Source: Bacteroidia bacterium
GTDB taxonomy: Bacteria > Bacteroidota > Bacteroidia > 2-12-FULL-35-15
DNA: 48,440 nt
NCBI GenBank assembly: GCA_049651825.1
Contig: JBASCV010000169.1
Location: 1 to 48,440 of the forward strand
Direction of reading: 5' to 3'
Part shown: piece by piece, positions 22,501 to 31,399 of the stretch
Position numbering within the stretch: the first letter of the stretch is position 1
How the letters are laid out: each line of letters starts with the position of its first letter
Position numbers and translations under genes: made by a program
Notes under the pieces: generated by a model
Databases searched by the model: none
Told to the model about the DNA's origin: nothing
The model's input: only the letters and a program-made list of their open reading frames with translations

Positions 22501-23772
22501 ACTTCTTGTTGCCGAACCACAAGGTATTGATGCTAAAACACTTCCTGTTTCCCCATCCCAAACATATAATATGTTTTCATCTCTGTAAACAACCTGTGCT
22601 TTTCCATCACAGTCAAAATCGAATACAGAGCCTGTTGTATGTTGCGAACCATCAACAATGGTTTTTATCCATTTTTGAGAGAGTGTATTTGTTGATGTAT
22701 CAATATCTACAACAACATATCTGTCGTTTCCACCAGCTCCAATCTCCGGTAATCCATCATTATCGTAATCTCCAATATTGGCTCTCCCTCCAGCCGATGT
22801 GTTGGGTATAGAAAACGTGTTTCCGTATTGTTGACCTGTTCTCGGATTCCAAACGTAAATTTTTCCACTAGAAACTACCACAACATCTAGTTGCCCGTCA
22901 ATATCAATATCGGCAACAGAGGAAAAACCATCGCCCAACGAACCCAAGCTATTTGTAATAGGTGTAATCGTTGCTCCTGAAATATCAACAGCATACACTT
23001 TGTTTCCACATATCAACTCCAGCCCACTGCATGTTGCACAATAATTATCGGGTAACACATCGGCCGCTACAGGCATTCCTGCTGGAGAGCCATTTGAACC
23101 CGGATTGTTTCCCGTGCTTCCTGCACCACCAGATACAATAAGAGCGCCTGTTAACGAATTATAAATTCTATTGTCTTTATACAGTTCTGGAAGCCCATCG
23201 CCATCAAAATCTGCAATGCCAGGAATAGACTCGTCTGTGCCACCTGTTGCGGGAGGGGTGTATCCAGCTTTTGCTGTTCCATCGTGCTCAAAACAGCGTA
23301 GTTTATTGTCGGATGTAACAACGTATATTTCGCCAAAACCATCATCGTCAGTATCACCAATAGTTATTGCATCTACATGATCAGCAATAGCAGGACAGTT
23401 AATTGTTACTTCTACAGCGCCTGTTATACCATCTAAAATGTATAACTCATTTGCACTATTTTGATGGCAAACAACTTCCGGCACTCCATCGTTATCAACA
23501 TCTCCAACCATCATGGTTGAACGTGTAGAAACATTTACTGTAGATTGCCAAATGGTGTTTAAACTAAATGTTGGATTGGTAGGTGTTGCGCTACAATTTA
23601 TTGCTGGCTTTCCGTAAAAAAAAGTATTACAATCGGCATTTCCGCTACATTGAGAGTCGTAACAATCTACAAACCCATCGCCATCATCGTCAATGCCATT
23701 ATTACAAATTTCCTGAGCGAAAAATGTGTAATGAGTAAATATAAAAAGGATAAAAAGTATTTTTTTTATCAT
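19543..23772 (-). CDS. Giant secreted protein: Cys/Asp-rich motif plus about 7 FG-GAP/VCBS (integrin-alpha-like) repeats, 7 PKD modules, T9SS type-B C-terminal domain
   Basis: 1409 aa with signal peptide MIKKILFILFIFTHYTFFAQ and the motif CNNGIDDDGDGFVDCYDSQC. Repeated D.D.DG..E/D motifs are present (VGDVDNDGVPEVV, IADFDGDGLPELY, IGDYDNDGLPEIG and others). The tail is the same stalk and CTD as the neighbours. There is a 6-nt gap to the next gene. Confidence 0.92.
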   Translation of the reverse strand: MIKKILFILFIFTHYTFFAQEICNNGIDDDGDGFVDCYDSQCSGNADCNTFFYGKPAINCSATPTNPTFSLNTIWQSTVNVSTRSTMMVGDVDNDGVPEVVCHQNSANELYILDGITGAVEVTINCPAIADHVDAITIGDTDDDGFGEIYVVTSDNKLRCFEHDGTAKAGYTPPATGGTDESIPGIADFDGDGLPELYKDNRIYNSLTGALIVSGGAGSTGNNPGSNGSPAGMPVAADVLPDNYCATCSGLELICGNKVYAVDISGATITPITNSLGSLGDGFSSVADIDIDGQLDVVVVSSGKIYVWNPRTGQQYGNTFSIPNTSAGGRANIGDYDNDGLPEIGAGGNDRYVVVDIDTSTNTLSQKWIKTIVDGSQHTTGSVFDFDCDGKAQVVYRDENILYVWDGETGSVLASIPCGSATRSELPTIVDVDGDGQVNIVCACGSSNGASAGVVKAFNSSTNQWVGSRKVMNQHSYFVTNINDDLSIPTQLQNNSLIPQINGFSAQSPIYDVNWMLSCIPLANVNVSIDSAIYCLKPDSVILLLTMCNIGSKVTTSPLTIAVYDANPSTGGTLIANVQKNKLIYADSCLKDTITVPYNGNILTYHIYVNDDGSSPINAPQLLFMECDSTNNNDSILLSQSSTSIEIAGDTVICYNESTTIIASGANLYTWSPSTGLNTTTGTNIIATPLSTTTYTVTGINTSTGCSSTINFTITVNPKPIAVFGSTSVCGGLATQFTDTSTTSLGSITTWNYNFGDNNTLNILQNPTHVYDSGGTYIATLIVTNSFGCLDTTTKNISVFYKPSSSFTSSDVCFGDSTFFNNSSTIHSSSSISSNVWNFGDNNSSVNSVNTKHVYTNSGNFNVKLITTSIDGCKDSITNTVNVFDAPTSAFTYNNACFLDATSFTSQSLNPSLGTISNWKWDFGDGSPANTSDLNPNHIYTSVGSYYVSLITFSSNLGCSDTLIDTISVYPKPIANWGVNEVCLNTVSVFTDSSVITNGSITNWLWSFGDSSPTNNNQNPTHNYQAHGSFSTSLIVTSADGCKDTLIKSVLVHPLPTAQFETTNICADSTALFYNVSTIPTNNLNDVITNWSWNFGDGGIHSGNGNINVSHQYSTAGNFPVQLLVETNFGCQDSITATLTVHANPIAQFTVSDTNGCEELCIMFENTSTISSGTITSWAWDFGDGATNNNSQQTTHCYTNSAGINQTYTPSLIVTSENGCTNTIAKNNYITVYPLPVVQFSVSPQVAQYTNPIINITNESSIANSWSWSFGDGSSSTVENPNSHTYTDTGTYTITLVGTTQNNCLDTNTQTIIIEPDFLLFVPNAFTPNEDGVNDFFSANGIFVIEFEMQIFDRWGNLVFETNNLNTPWDGKVKNSSELAQQDVYVYSIKAKDFRNEQHKFKGIVTLIK

Positions 23773-23901
23773 GCAGCTATTTGTAAAAAATCGTATTTTA
23801 TTACAAGATGCACTTTTTGTGTAAAAGGTTGCAATACAGTACGATAAACCAAATATAGCGAAAAAAAATGATGGAAAAGCAGATAAACGGGCTTTTTGAG
23901 T

Positions 23902-26865
23902 TTACCTAACAAGGGTTACAGTTCCTCTGTATGTGTATATTTTGTTTTTTAAATCTTTTGCTTTTAACGAATAGATATACACATCTTGTTGTGCTTCGGT
24001 TGCGCCATTATTGGCATATCCGTTCCAAGGCTTGTCTATTTTATCTGTTTTATAAATAAGCGTTCCCCATCTATTGTATATTGTTAATTCAAATTCAGCA
24101 AAAAAGGAGCCAGTAAACATAAACACATCGTTTATTCCGTCTCCGTTAGGTGTAAATGCATTTGGTATATACAGCACAAATTCTGGCTCTATAATGATTG
24201 TTTGTAGTGCTGTATCTATACAACCGTATTGGGTTGAACCTATTAATGAAATAGTAAAGGTTCCTGTATCGGCATAAGTATGGCTTTCTGGATTACTTAC
24301 GTTTGAAGAGTCCATATCTCCAAAAAACCATTCCCAAGAATAAACTCCAACGGACAAATCATTAATTTCAATAACAGGATTTGATGTTGTTGTAGAAGTT
24401 GGTTCGGCAGTAAAATTTACTTGAGGAGCAGGAAAAACACTTATAAAATCAGTTTTTGTAACGGATGCTATACAGCCACTATCAGAAGCAACTGTAAGCG
24501 AAACGGTATAACTTTGAGGGGCAAATACGTTGGGGTTTTCGTAACATTGTTGTGGGTTTTCATTGTTATTTAAAGCCCCTCCATTTCCTAAATTCCATAG
24601 CCAAGAAACAATACTACCATTATTAACGGTTGACGTATTATTAAAAATTACACATAACGGCTCACATCCATTGGTATCGCTTACGGTAAAATTGGCGATA
24701 GGGTTGGGGTGTATAATTAGTGGATGTGTAACAGAATCTACACAGCCAAAATTTGAAACAACAAGCAAACCAACATCATATCCACCAAAAGTAGTATATG
24801 TGTGCGTTGGGTTTTGTGTGCTCGATGTGTTATTGTCACCAAACGACCAATTATTTTGTTGAATAACATCTGTTCCCTCTATTGAGGATGTATTGTTAAA
24901 GCTAGCAATAGAATCGGCACAAACATTTTGAGTTGTAAATTGAGCAACGGGCAATGGATGAATAACTATTGTTTTTGAAATACTATCCAAACAACCATTG
25001 TTGGATGCAACAATTAATTTAGTGGAGTAGTTTGCTGCAGAAGCGTATGCGTGTGTTGTGTTTTCTTGAATGGAAGGGGGTGAATTATCGCCAAAATTCC
25101 AAAGCCACGTTACAATACTGCCTGTTGAAATAGCAGACGTGTCGTTAAAATTGATAGTAGCATTCATACAAGCATCATTGGCTGTAAAATCGGCTACGGG
25201 CATTGGGTATATTGTTATATCTAACGTATGTGTATCGGCACAACCAAGGTTTGATGATTGATTGATTAACATTATTGTATAATCTCCGGGTGTTGGATAC
25301 AAATGTGTTGGATTTAAAGCGGATGTGTTAACAGGACTTCCGTCACCAAAGTTCCAACTCCAATTAGCAATGGTTCCCATTGTTGGCGAAATAGAGGTGT
25401 TTGAAAACAAAACAGAATCTGTTAAGCAGGAGTTGTTTGCTGTGAAGAGTGATTGTGGTGCGTCAAACGTGTTTACTGTGCCAGTAGCAGTATCTTTACA
25501 TAAATCTGTAGAAGAAACGATTAAAGTAACAGTATAAGTTCCTGCGGTGTATAGGTGTGTTGGATTTTGTTGCGTACTGGTATTACTATTGCCAAAGGCC
25601 CAATTATATGTATTAATTGTTGATCCAGAGGCTATTGTAGAGCCGTCAACAAATATAGTGCTATCGCCTTCGCAAACATCCGTGGTTGTAAATGAAGCTA
25701 TCGGTTTATGATATACGGTTACAATTTTTGTAACCGTATCTTTACACCCAAAACTATTGGTTGTAATTAAAGTAACATTATAAGAACCGCCCAGTGCATA
25801 TAAGTGGGATGGCCCTGTGGCAGTTTCTGTAGGACTTCCGTCTCCAAAGTTCCATAGCCAGTCTGTAATTGTTCCATCGGCAGTTATAGAGTTATCTGTA
25901 AATTGTGTAGGTAATTGATTACAAACGGTTGTTGCATTAAAATCTGCTTCTGGATTTCCGCCAACGTAAGTTATTACAATATAGCCATCTCCACCTTTTG
26001 TAGAAGTTCCGCCTCCAATAGCAACTCCTGAGGGTAAATCGGGGTCAGAACTATTCCCTGGTGTTTGACCGCTTCCATTAACAATTGTTGTATTTGTTCC
26101 TGCAGAGTAACTTGTTCCACCACCGCCACCACAAGCTCCGCAATCGCAACCTGTTGCAACTCCACCGCCACCACCACCAAGGTAACCGCCACCACCACCA
26201 CCACCGCCAGCGCCATCTCCACCACCTTTATTTAAACCAATTAATCCATTTCCTGTAGAGCTCGCCCCAGCAATGCCTGCCGAAGAACAAGAGCCTGGCG
26301 CAATATTTCCATTAACCCCACCGCCACCGCCAGTAGCACCACTGCTGTTAAGTCCGCCACCGCTTCCGCCACCGCCACCGCCAGCAACAAGAAGAATAGA
26401 AGAGCCACGCAAAACTCCTGCACCACCGCCACCACCACCGCCACCGCCAGAGCAGCCCGACCCACCAGCATTTCCACCTTTCCCGCCATCAAAAATACTA
26501 TTTCCCCATCCTTCAGAGCCACCAGGTGCATTACCAGCGCAATTACCTCCTGGGCCAGCACCTCCTCCAACAATAAGTGTAAGTGTTTCCCCTGCTGTTA
26601 CGGGTATGGTTGTTTCAACAAATGCTCCGGCACCGCCAACAGCACCGCCATAGCTATCTGCACCGCCACCACTACCCCCTGCACCCCAAGCTTTTACATT
26701 TAAACTTGTAACACCACAAGGAACTATAAATGTTTGCACACCACCAGTATAGGAAAAAGGTACAGATGTTTGCGAAAAAGTTAATGGGATATAAAACAAT
26801 AATAAAAAAAACGTAGACGTACTAATATTTATGAAACGTAATAAATATGTGGAAAGATGATTCAT
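23902..26865 (-). CDS. Secreted protein: extreme glycine-rich head domain, 7 PKD modules, T9SS type-B C-terminal domain
   Basis: 987 aa. Residues about 33-300 read GGVQTFIVPCGVTSLNVKAWGAGGSGGG ... GGGGGGGGG ... GDGYIVITY, roughly half glycine. These are followed by seven PKD modules colinear with those of the paralogues, and then the CTD. Confidence 0.9.
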   Translation of the reverse strand: MNHLSTYLLRFINISTSTFFLLLFYIPLTFSQTSVPFSYTGGVQTFIVPCGVTSLNVKAWGAGGSGGGADSYGGAVGGAGAFVETTIPVTAGETLTLIVGGGAGPGGNCAGNAPGGSEGWGNSIFDGGKGGNAGGSGCSGGGGGGGGGAGVLRGSSILLVAGGGGGGSGGGLNSSGATGGGGGVNGNIAPGSCSSAGIAGASSTGNGLIGLNKGGGDGAGGGGGGGGYLGGGGGGVATGCDCGACGGGGGTSYSAGTNTTIVNGSGQTPGNSSDPDLPSGVAIGGGTSTKGGDGYIVITYVGGNPEADFNATTVCNQLPTQFTDNSITADGTITDWLWNFGDGSPTETATGPSHLYALGGSYNVTLITTNSFGCKDTVTKIVTVYHKPIASFTTTDVCEGDSTIFVDGSTIASGSTINTYNWAFGNSNTSTQQNPTHLYTAGTYTVTLIVSSTDLCKDTATGTVNTFDAPQSLFTANNSCLTDSVLFSNTSISPTMGTIANWSWNFGDGSPVNTSALNPTHLYPTPGDYTIMLINQSSNLGCADTHTLDITIYPMPVADFTANDACMNATINFNDTSAISTGSIVTWLWNFGDNSPPSIQENTTHAYASAANYSTKLIVASNNGCLDSISKTIVIHPLPVAQFTTQNVCADSIASFNNTSSIEGTDVIQQNNWSFGDNNTSSTQNPTHTYTTFGGYDVGLLVVSNFGCVDSVTHPLIIHPNPIANFTVSDTNGCEPLCVIFNNTSTVNNGSIVSWLWNLGNGGALNNNENPQQCYENPNVFAPQSYTVSLTVASDSGCIASVTKTDFISVFPAPQVNFTAEPTSTTTSNPVIEINDLSVGVYSWEWFFGDMDSSNVSNPESHTYADTGTFTISLIGSTQYGCIDTALQTIIIEPEFVLYIPNAFTPNGDGINDVFMFTGSFFAEFELTIYNRWGTLIYKTDKIDKPWNGYANNGATEAQQDVYIYSLKAKDLKNKIYTYRGTVTLVR

Positions 26866-26980
26866 TGGTATAAATTGTACTCAAAGATAGTTGAATATTA
26901 GCTAATTGATGCTATTTTAATAAAAAAGGTTGCATGTGCTTTAAACTCTTTTGAGGTTAATTTAAACAGGCTCTTAAAAT

Positions 26981-28633
26981 TTATTTTTTATTCAATAAGT
27001 TAGAATATTCTTTTGGCGAATTTAAAATAGCTTTTGCTTTCAACACTTCTGCATCAGTTGGCAATGAGTTTAAGATACCCCCACTATTAAAATAATAACG
27101 TATTGCTATTTCTTTTTGAAGTACTTTTTTTATTAACTCTTTATTTTGAATGAGAATTTTTTTCTTTGAACGTTTTATTTCAGTAGTTAATTGCTGATAT
27201 TTTTTGTTGAACAATGAAGCCGTATTGTTTTTATCCATTACTTCCTGAAACTCTTTTAATTTTTGCTCTTCAGCCATTACAAAGTCAAAATTGTTTTTTT
27301 CTACAAAGTGTAAAAAATCATAAAAAACAGCATCTGTAATAGTTATTTTTTCGGCATCTACATTAATTGAATGGGTGTTTCTGTAGTAAGTTGCGTAATT
27401 AAAAATAAGTCCAGCATCACTTAATGCTTCAATTGTAGGTGTGTTTGTAATTTCTGGTTCCATTTTTACATCAGGTTCAATGCCTCCAATATCATAAACT
27501 TTACGTCCGTTGCGCGTAAAAAAAACCTTTTTCAAGGTGTCGGCAAAAACTGTTTCTTTTCCATTGATGTATCGTTTTGAATAATCACGTTTTTGTATAC
27601 ACCTTCCAGAGGGGGTGTAATAACGAGCTGCGGTAACATATAAGCTGGTACCATATCCAGGAAAGCGTGTTCCTTGCACTAATCCTTTGCCAAATGTTTT
27701 TTGACCAATAATTACAGCTCTATCTAAATCTTGCATAGCACCAGTGAATATTTCGCCAGCCGAAATAGTATTGTTATTCGTTAATATCGCAAGCGGAATA
27801 AGCGTATCAATGGGCTCTTGATGGGTAATGTTGTTATAATCATTTCCTTTGCCAAGAACGTGAATGATGACGGTGTTTTTCGGCACAAACACATTTACGC
27901 AGTTAACAGCTTGCTCTACTAAACCACCAATATTATCACGAAAGTCGAGAATAATTGATTTTAGTTTCGGATTTTTTTTCAACTCTTTTACTGCTTGAGC
28001 AAATTGGGTATCAGAGCCTACTAAAAATTGCTGTACTTGTATATAGCCAGTACCTGTTAGTGTATCAAGTATGGTATAAAAAGGGATTGATTGATTAATG
28101 ATTTGCTTTCGTGTAATTTGTTTTGTCAACTTCCCAACATAAGGCCTATCAACCGTAACGCTAACAACAGTTTCTGGAGCGCCTCTTAATTTAGAAATAA
28201 TGGTATCCATGGGTTTTCCTTTTACTGAAAATCCATCAACTTCAATGTAAATATCACCTGCTCTTAAATCGTTTTGTTGTGCTCCATAACCTTCAATTGG
28301 GTATGTAACTACCACATTTGAATCCATGTAGCCAATGCGAGCGCCAATACCTGAGTAAGCGATGCCTTGCCAAACATTATTACGTTCATTTGTTTCTTTC
28401 TCGTCAAAAAAAACGGTGTGAGGGTCAACCGATTTAACCATCCCGTCAATAGCCCTTCTAATAAGTATGTCGGAATCAAGCGTGTCAACAAACTCTGATT
28501 TTAACATTTTAAAAACAGAAGCAAACAAATTGATGTTTTTGCTGTCTTTTTCTTCTTCATTACTAGTAACAACAAATGCGCTACTTGCAATAAAAAGAAA
28601 AGCAAAGATAAAATAAACGAACTTTTTTTTCAT
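26981..28633 (-). CDS. S41-family C-terminal processing (tail-specific) peptidase
   Basis: 550 aa with a signal peptide and a PDZ-like segment (LRAGDIYIEVDG). Catalytic-region motifs are RDNIGGL, TISAGEIF (Ser) and FGKGLVQ (Lys). Confidence 0.85.
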   Translation of the reverse strand: MKKKFVYFIFAFLFIASSAFVVTSNEEEKDSKNINLFASVFKMLKSEFVDTLDSDILIRRAIDGMVKSVDPHTVFFDEKETNERNNVWQGIAYSGIGARIGYMDSNVVVTYPIEGYGAQQNDLRAGDIYIEVDGFSVKGKPMDTIISKLRGAPETVVSVTVDRPYVGKLTKQITRKQIINQSIPFYTILDTLTGTGYIQVQQFLVGSDTQFAQAVKELKKNPKLKSIILDFRDNIGGLVEQAVNCVNVFVPKNTVIIHVLGKGNDYNNITHQEPIDTLIPLAILTNNNTISAGEIFTGAMQDLDRAVIIGQKTFGKGLVQGTRFPGYGTSLYVTAARYYTPSGRCIQKRDYSKRYINGKETVFADTLKKVFFTRNGRKVYDIGGIEPDVKMEPEITNTPTIEALSDAGLIFNYATYYRNTHSINVDAEKITITDAVFYDFLHFVEKNNFDFVMAEEQKLKEFQEVMDKNNTASLFNKKYQQLTTEIKRSKKKILIQNKELIKKVLQKEIAIRYYFNSGGILNSLPTDAEVLKAKAILNSPKEYSNLLNKK

Positions 28634-28686
28634 TGATAAAATAGCTACATCGCTTTATTATAAGACACATTAAAGTAAATATTGTT

Positions 28687-30105
28687 TTATTTTTTTACAA
28701 AACGTTTAGAAAAATAAAAATCATTACTACCCCCCTTTATTATATAAACACCCGCCTTTAATTGAGAAACCAACAGTTGCTGGGTATTTGAACCCACTGT
28801 TGCTTTTACCTGCTTTGCAAACAATTTTCGGCCTGTAACATCATAAATTTCTATTGTAATCAAATCAGTAGTACTTATATTAAAATCAACATTAATAATG
28901 CTTTCAGCAGGATTTGGGAAAAGTGAAACAAGTACATTTTCTTGTTCTTTATTTTTTATATTCAATGCAAGTGTTGCATCCAGTACAAACAACCCATTTT
29001 GCATATCGCTAGCCAATATCAAACCACTTGGCAAATCTACGTATGCGCCCCAACACCCATGATAAGGTGTCCCATTAGGGTTATAATTATTGTGAGGTCC
29101 ATCGAGTGTATCGGTGTCAAAATAACCCATCCGAAATGGAGTGGAAGGGTTTTTAATATCGTAAATCTGAACTCCATCTTGATAATACGCAATAACAACT
29201 CTATGGCTTCCTATTATGTAAGGGTTGTGTGGCGTTGGTCCATCTGCAGATCGAAACGAGCTTTCAAGAGAAATATTTTGCAAATCAGTTACATCAATTA
29301 CTTTTACGGGCAAATTGCGCGGAACCTCATCACAAAAAACAAGTGATTTGCCATTTGGAGTAAGAAAACTACTGTGGTTGTACCCTTGATCAGGATAAGA
29401 GGTGTAAGAGCTGATAAGTGAAAATGTAGTATCTGGATTAAATTTATAAATAAATAAGCCTTGATAACCACACGAGGCGTAAACCGTATCGTTACGCACA
29501 AACATATCGTGTACGGCACTGATAAGCGAATCATCTTGATTAAGCGTTCTCAACAATTGTGGTTGTGCTGGATTATCTAAGCTGTAAACCGCCATCGAAT
29601 AGTGTTGAAAATTGCCTTTAGTTACGCTTGCACAATAAAGCCGATTCCCGTCAACGTACAAGGTGTGTGCACGTTCAAAAATAGACGTTGTGTCGTGTAT
29701 TACATGAACGGAATCAGGTAAATAAGATAAATCGATTATCTGAAAACTGTTGGGCGAAGGATCGTCACTTATTGCGTAAAGATAGTGCCCATAGGTTTTA
29801 TATTCTCTCCAAATGCACTGGTCTCGTTTTCCTGCAACATAATCAACCAATACAGGGTTTGTTGGATTTGAAATATCAATAATATTTGTTCCCGAACTAG
29901 AGCCAATAATTGCATATTCTTTATTATTATCTGTGGTGTCTACCCAACCCCAAACACCTTGGTATTTTATGCCTAAAGAAGGTTCGGCAGCTTGTGTAGG
30001 ATTATACCAATGACCCACTAAAGAAATGTTTTCGTGTTGGTATTGTGCATTTGCATTGATGATTATTGCGAAGAAAAAAACAAGGCACAGATTTATTCGT
30101 TTCAT
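28687..30105 (-). CDS. LVIVD-repeat / choice-of-anchor-B-like beta-propeller protein with T9SS type-A C-terminal sorting domain
   Basis: 472 aa with a signal peptide. The C-terminal 80 aa (LFPNPAESIINVDF...ITIEIYDVTGRKLF...LKAGVYIIK) match the Por-secretion-tail pattern. Head-domain assignment is from memory. Confidence 0.75.
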   Translation of the reverse strand: MKRINLCLVFFFAIIINANAQYQHENISLVGHWYNPTQAAEPSLGIKYQGVWGWVDTTDNNKEYAIIGSSSGTNIIDISNPTNPVLVDYVAGKRDQCIWREYKTYGHYLYAISDDPSPNSFQIIDLSYLPDSVHVIHDTTSIFERAHTLYVDGNRLYCASVTKGNFQHYSMAVYSLDNPAQPQLLRTLNQDDSLISAVHDMFVRNDTVYASCGYQGLFIYKFNPDTTFSLISSYTSYPDQGYNHSSFLTPNGKSLVFCDEVPRNLPVKVIDVTDLQNISLESSFRSADGPTPHNPYIIGSHRVVIAYYQDGVQIYDIKNPSTPFRMGYFDTDTLDGPHNNYNPNGTPYHGCWGAYVDLPSGLILASDMQNGLFVLDATLALNIKNKEQENVLVSLFPNPAESIINVDFNISTTDLITIEIYDVTGRKLFAKQVKATVGSNTQQLLVSQLKAGVYIIKGGSNDFYFSKRFVKK

Positions 30106-30175
30106 TGAACAGTTTTTTGTTGTTCAATAAAGGTAGTGAAAAGAAATTAAAATTATTGATTTAAGCCGTAAAGTC

Positions 30176-30580
30176 TTATTTTAAAGGTTTTGATAATGGT
30201 GGTGCTTCTTCTTTGGCTTTGTCGTATTTTGAAAAGAAATTCATCCATAGCAAACGCGAAATTCTAAACGTAAGTGTTGTAAACAAGACGATAGTAACAC
30301 TTAAAAAAATTAAATACGGAACTGTTGGTGCCTCAACTATAAAGGTGTTGATAGCCCATGTGATAATAAACCAGCCCACCATAAGTGCATAGCTAACGTA
30401 CATTGCCCCATAAAAATAGCCTGGTTCTCTATCGTAGCGTTCTCCGCAGTGCGAGCAGGTTTCATGCATCTTATCAAACTTTTTAAAGTCGTAAGGGTTG
30501 TTGGTAATAAACACCTGACCTTTATGGCATTTGGGGCACTTATTCCACAATGTTGAGTAAAAAATGTTTTTTAAGAGCAT
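30176..30580 (-). CDS. DUF983-family membrane protein with zinc-ribbon-like CxxC pairs
   Basis: CPKCHKG...CSHCGERYDREPGYFYGAMYVSY followed by two TM helices. The start is moved to ATG 30580 (MLLKNIF...), because the track start at 30619 would overlap dps by 35 nt. Confidence 0.75.
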   Translation of the reverse strand: MLLKNIFYSTLWNKCPKCHKGQVFITNNPYDFKKFDKMHETCSHCGERYDREPGYFYGAMYVSYALMVGWFIITWAINTFIVEAPTVPYLIFLSVTIVLFTTLTFRISRLLWMNFFSKYDKAKEEAPPLSKPLK

Positions 30581-30584
30581 GTTT

Positions 30585-31052
30585 TTATTTATTTGAGTAG
30601 GCTGAGTACATCCAAACAAGCTTCTCTTGTTCCCGAATGTAGTCGCTCATCAGTGCGTTTGTTCCCTCGTCTCCTGCATCAGCAGAGAGGTTTAACAATG
30701 CTCGCTGTTTAATAATAACCGTTTCAAATGCTTTCAGGGTTGCTTTAACACCATCTTTGCCATCCGAAACGTTTTTTACAATTTTAACTTTTGCCGTTGA
30801 TTTATAATCATCAAATGTGTGAAGTGGTGTAGCACCCAGAGTTAATATACGTTCGGCAATTTCATCTACTTTCAACAATAAATTGGTGTATAACTCTTCG
30901 TATTTAAGGTGAAGTTCAAAAAATTTTTCACCTTTTATGTTCCAATGCAAACCGCGTGTGTTTTGGTAAAACACCATATAGTCGGCCAACAAATCATTTA
31001 ATTTATTGGCGAGCTCTTTACTTTTAGAAGAATTTAGTCCTATTGCATTCAT
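30585..31052 (-). CDS. dps: Dps-family DNA-protection/ferritin-like protein
   Basis: 155 aa with HWNIKG..FFELH...EE ferroxidase-site pattern and four-helix-bundle length. Confidence 0.9.
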   Translation of the reverse strand: MNAIGLNSSKSKELANKLNDLLADYMVFYQNTRGLHWNIKGEKFFELHLKYEELYTNLLLKVDEIAERILTLGATPLHTFDDYKSTAKVKIVKNVSDGKDGVKATLKAFETVIIKQRALLNLSADAGDEGTNALMSDYIREQEKLVWMYSAYSNK

Positions 31053-31064
31053 AAACGAAGAGGT

Positions 31065-31382
31065 TTAATTGATTTTATTCTGTAAAGTTAACCAACTACC
31101 ACCGTTATATACAAGTTTATAACCATTTGCTTTTAAAATATTTTTTGCAGCAGCACTCCTCATGCCTGATGCACAGCAAGTTATGATGGTTTTTTCTTTA
31201 TCTTTTAGTTTTGATAAGTTGGCGTCTAATTGGTCTACAGCAATATTTACAGAGCCTTTTATGTGTCCGCCAGCATATTCACCTTTGCTACGTACATCAA
31301 GCACTATTGCTCCATCCTTTATTAATTGAGCGTAATCAACTTTAGGGCCAATGCCCAGCATTTGTTTTATAGAATCGAACAT
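31065..31382 (-). CDS. Single-domain rhodanese (sulfurtransferase)
   Basis: 105 aa with the active-site loop CASGMRS (C-X4-R) and upstream VLDVRS..EY..GHI. Confidence 0.85.
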   Translation of the reverse strand: MFDSIKQMLGIGPKVDYAQLIKDGAIVLDVRSKGEYAGGHIKGSVNIAVDQLDANLSKLKDKEKTIITCCASGMRSAAAKNILKANGYKLVYNGGSWLTLQNKIN

Positions 31383-31399
31383 ATTTTTAGTTAGTTTTT

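Noticed and set aside
20207-25537. A series of plus-strand ORFs with the recurring motif SPSPKSQ.QL.IVP (20207..20443, 20984..21211, 24563..24862, 25070..25261, 25325..25537). There is also a minus-strand equivalent at 47357..47647.
   Set aside because: The motif is the reverse-complement translation of the conserved PKD signature W.W.FGDGS. The recurrence therefore reflects the sense-strand repeats, not real genes.
26273-26653. 126-aa proline-rich plus-strand ORF (PPPPPVAPLLLSPPPLPPPPPP...).
   Set aside because: It is the antisense reading of the GGN-rich glycine tracts of the 23902..26865 gene (CCN = Pro). It has no independent start context and lies wholly inside a well-supported CDS.
11310-26865. 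Regular periodicity of about 240-260 nt, considered as a possible CRISPR array or tandem DNA repeat.
   Set aside because: The period is that of the PKD protein modules. Units are diverged at the DNA level, lie inside long open frames, and show no short identical repeat / unique spacer structure.
30581-30619. N-terminal extensions from the ORF track: DUF983 from 30619, hsdR from TTG 33684, SPFH from TTG 33000 and the secreted protein from 5973.
   Set aside because: Internal ATG codons give canonical N-termini (signal peptide or family-typical start) and remove overlaps with neighbouring genes or with the uORF stop.
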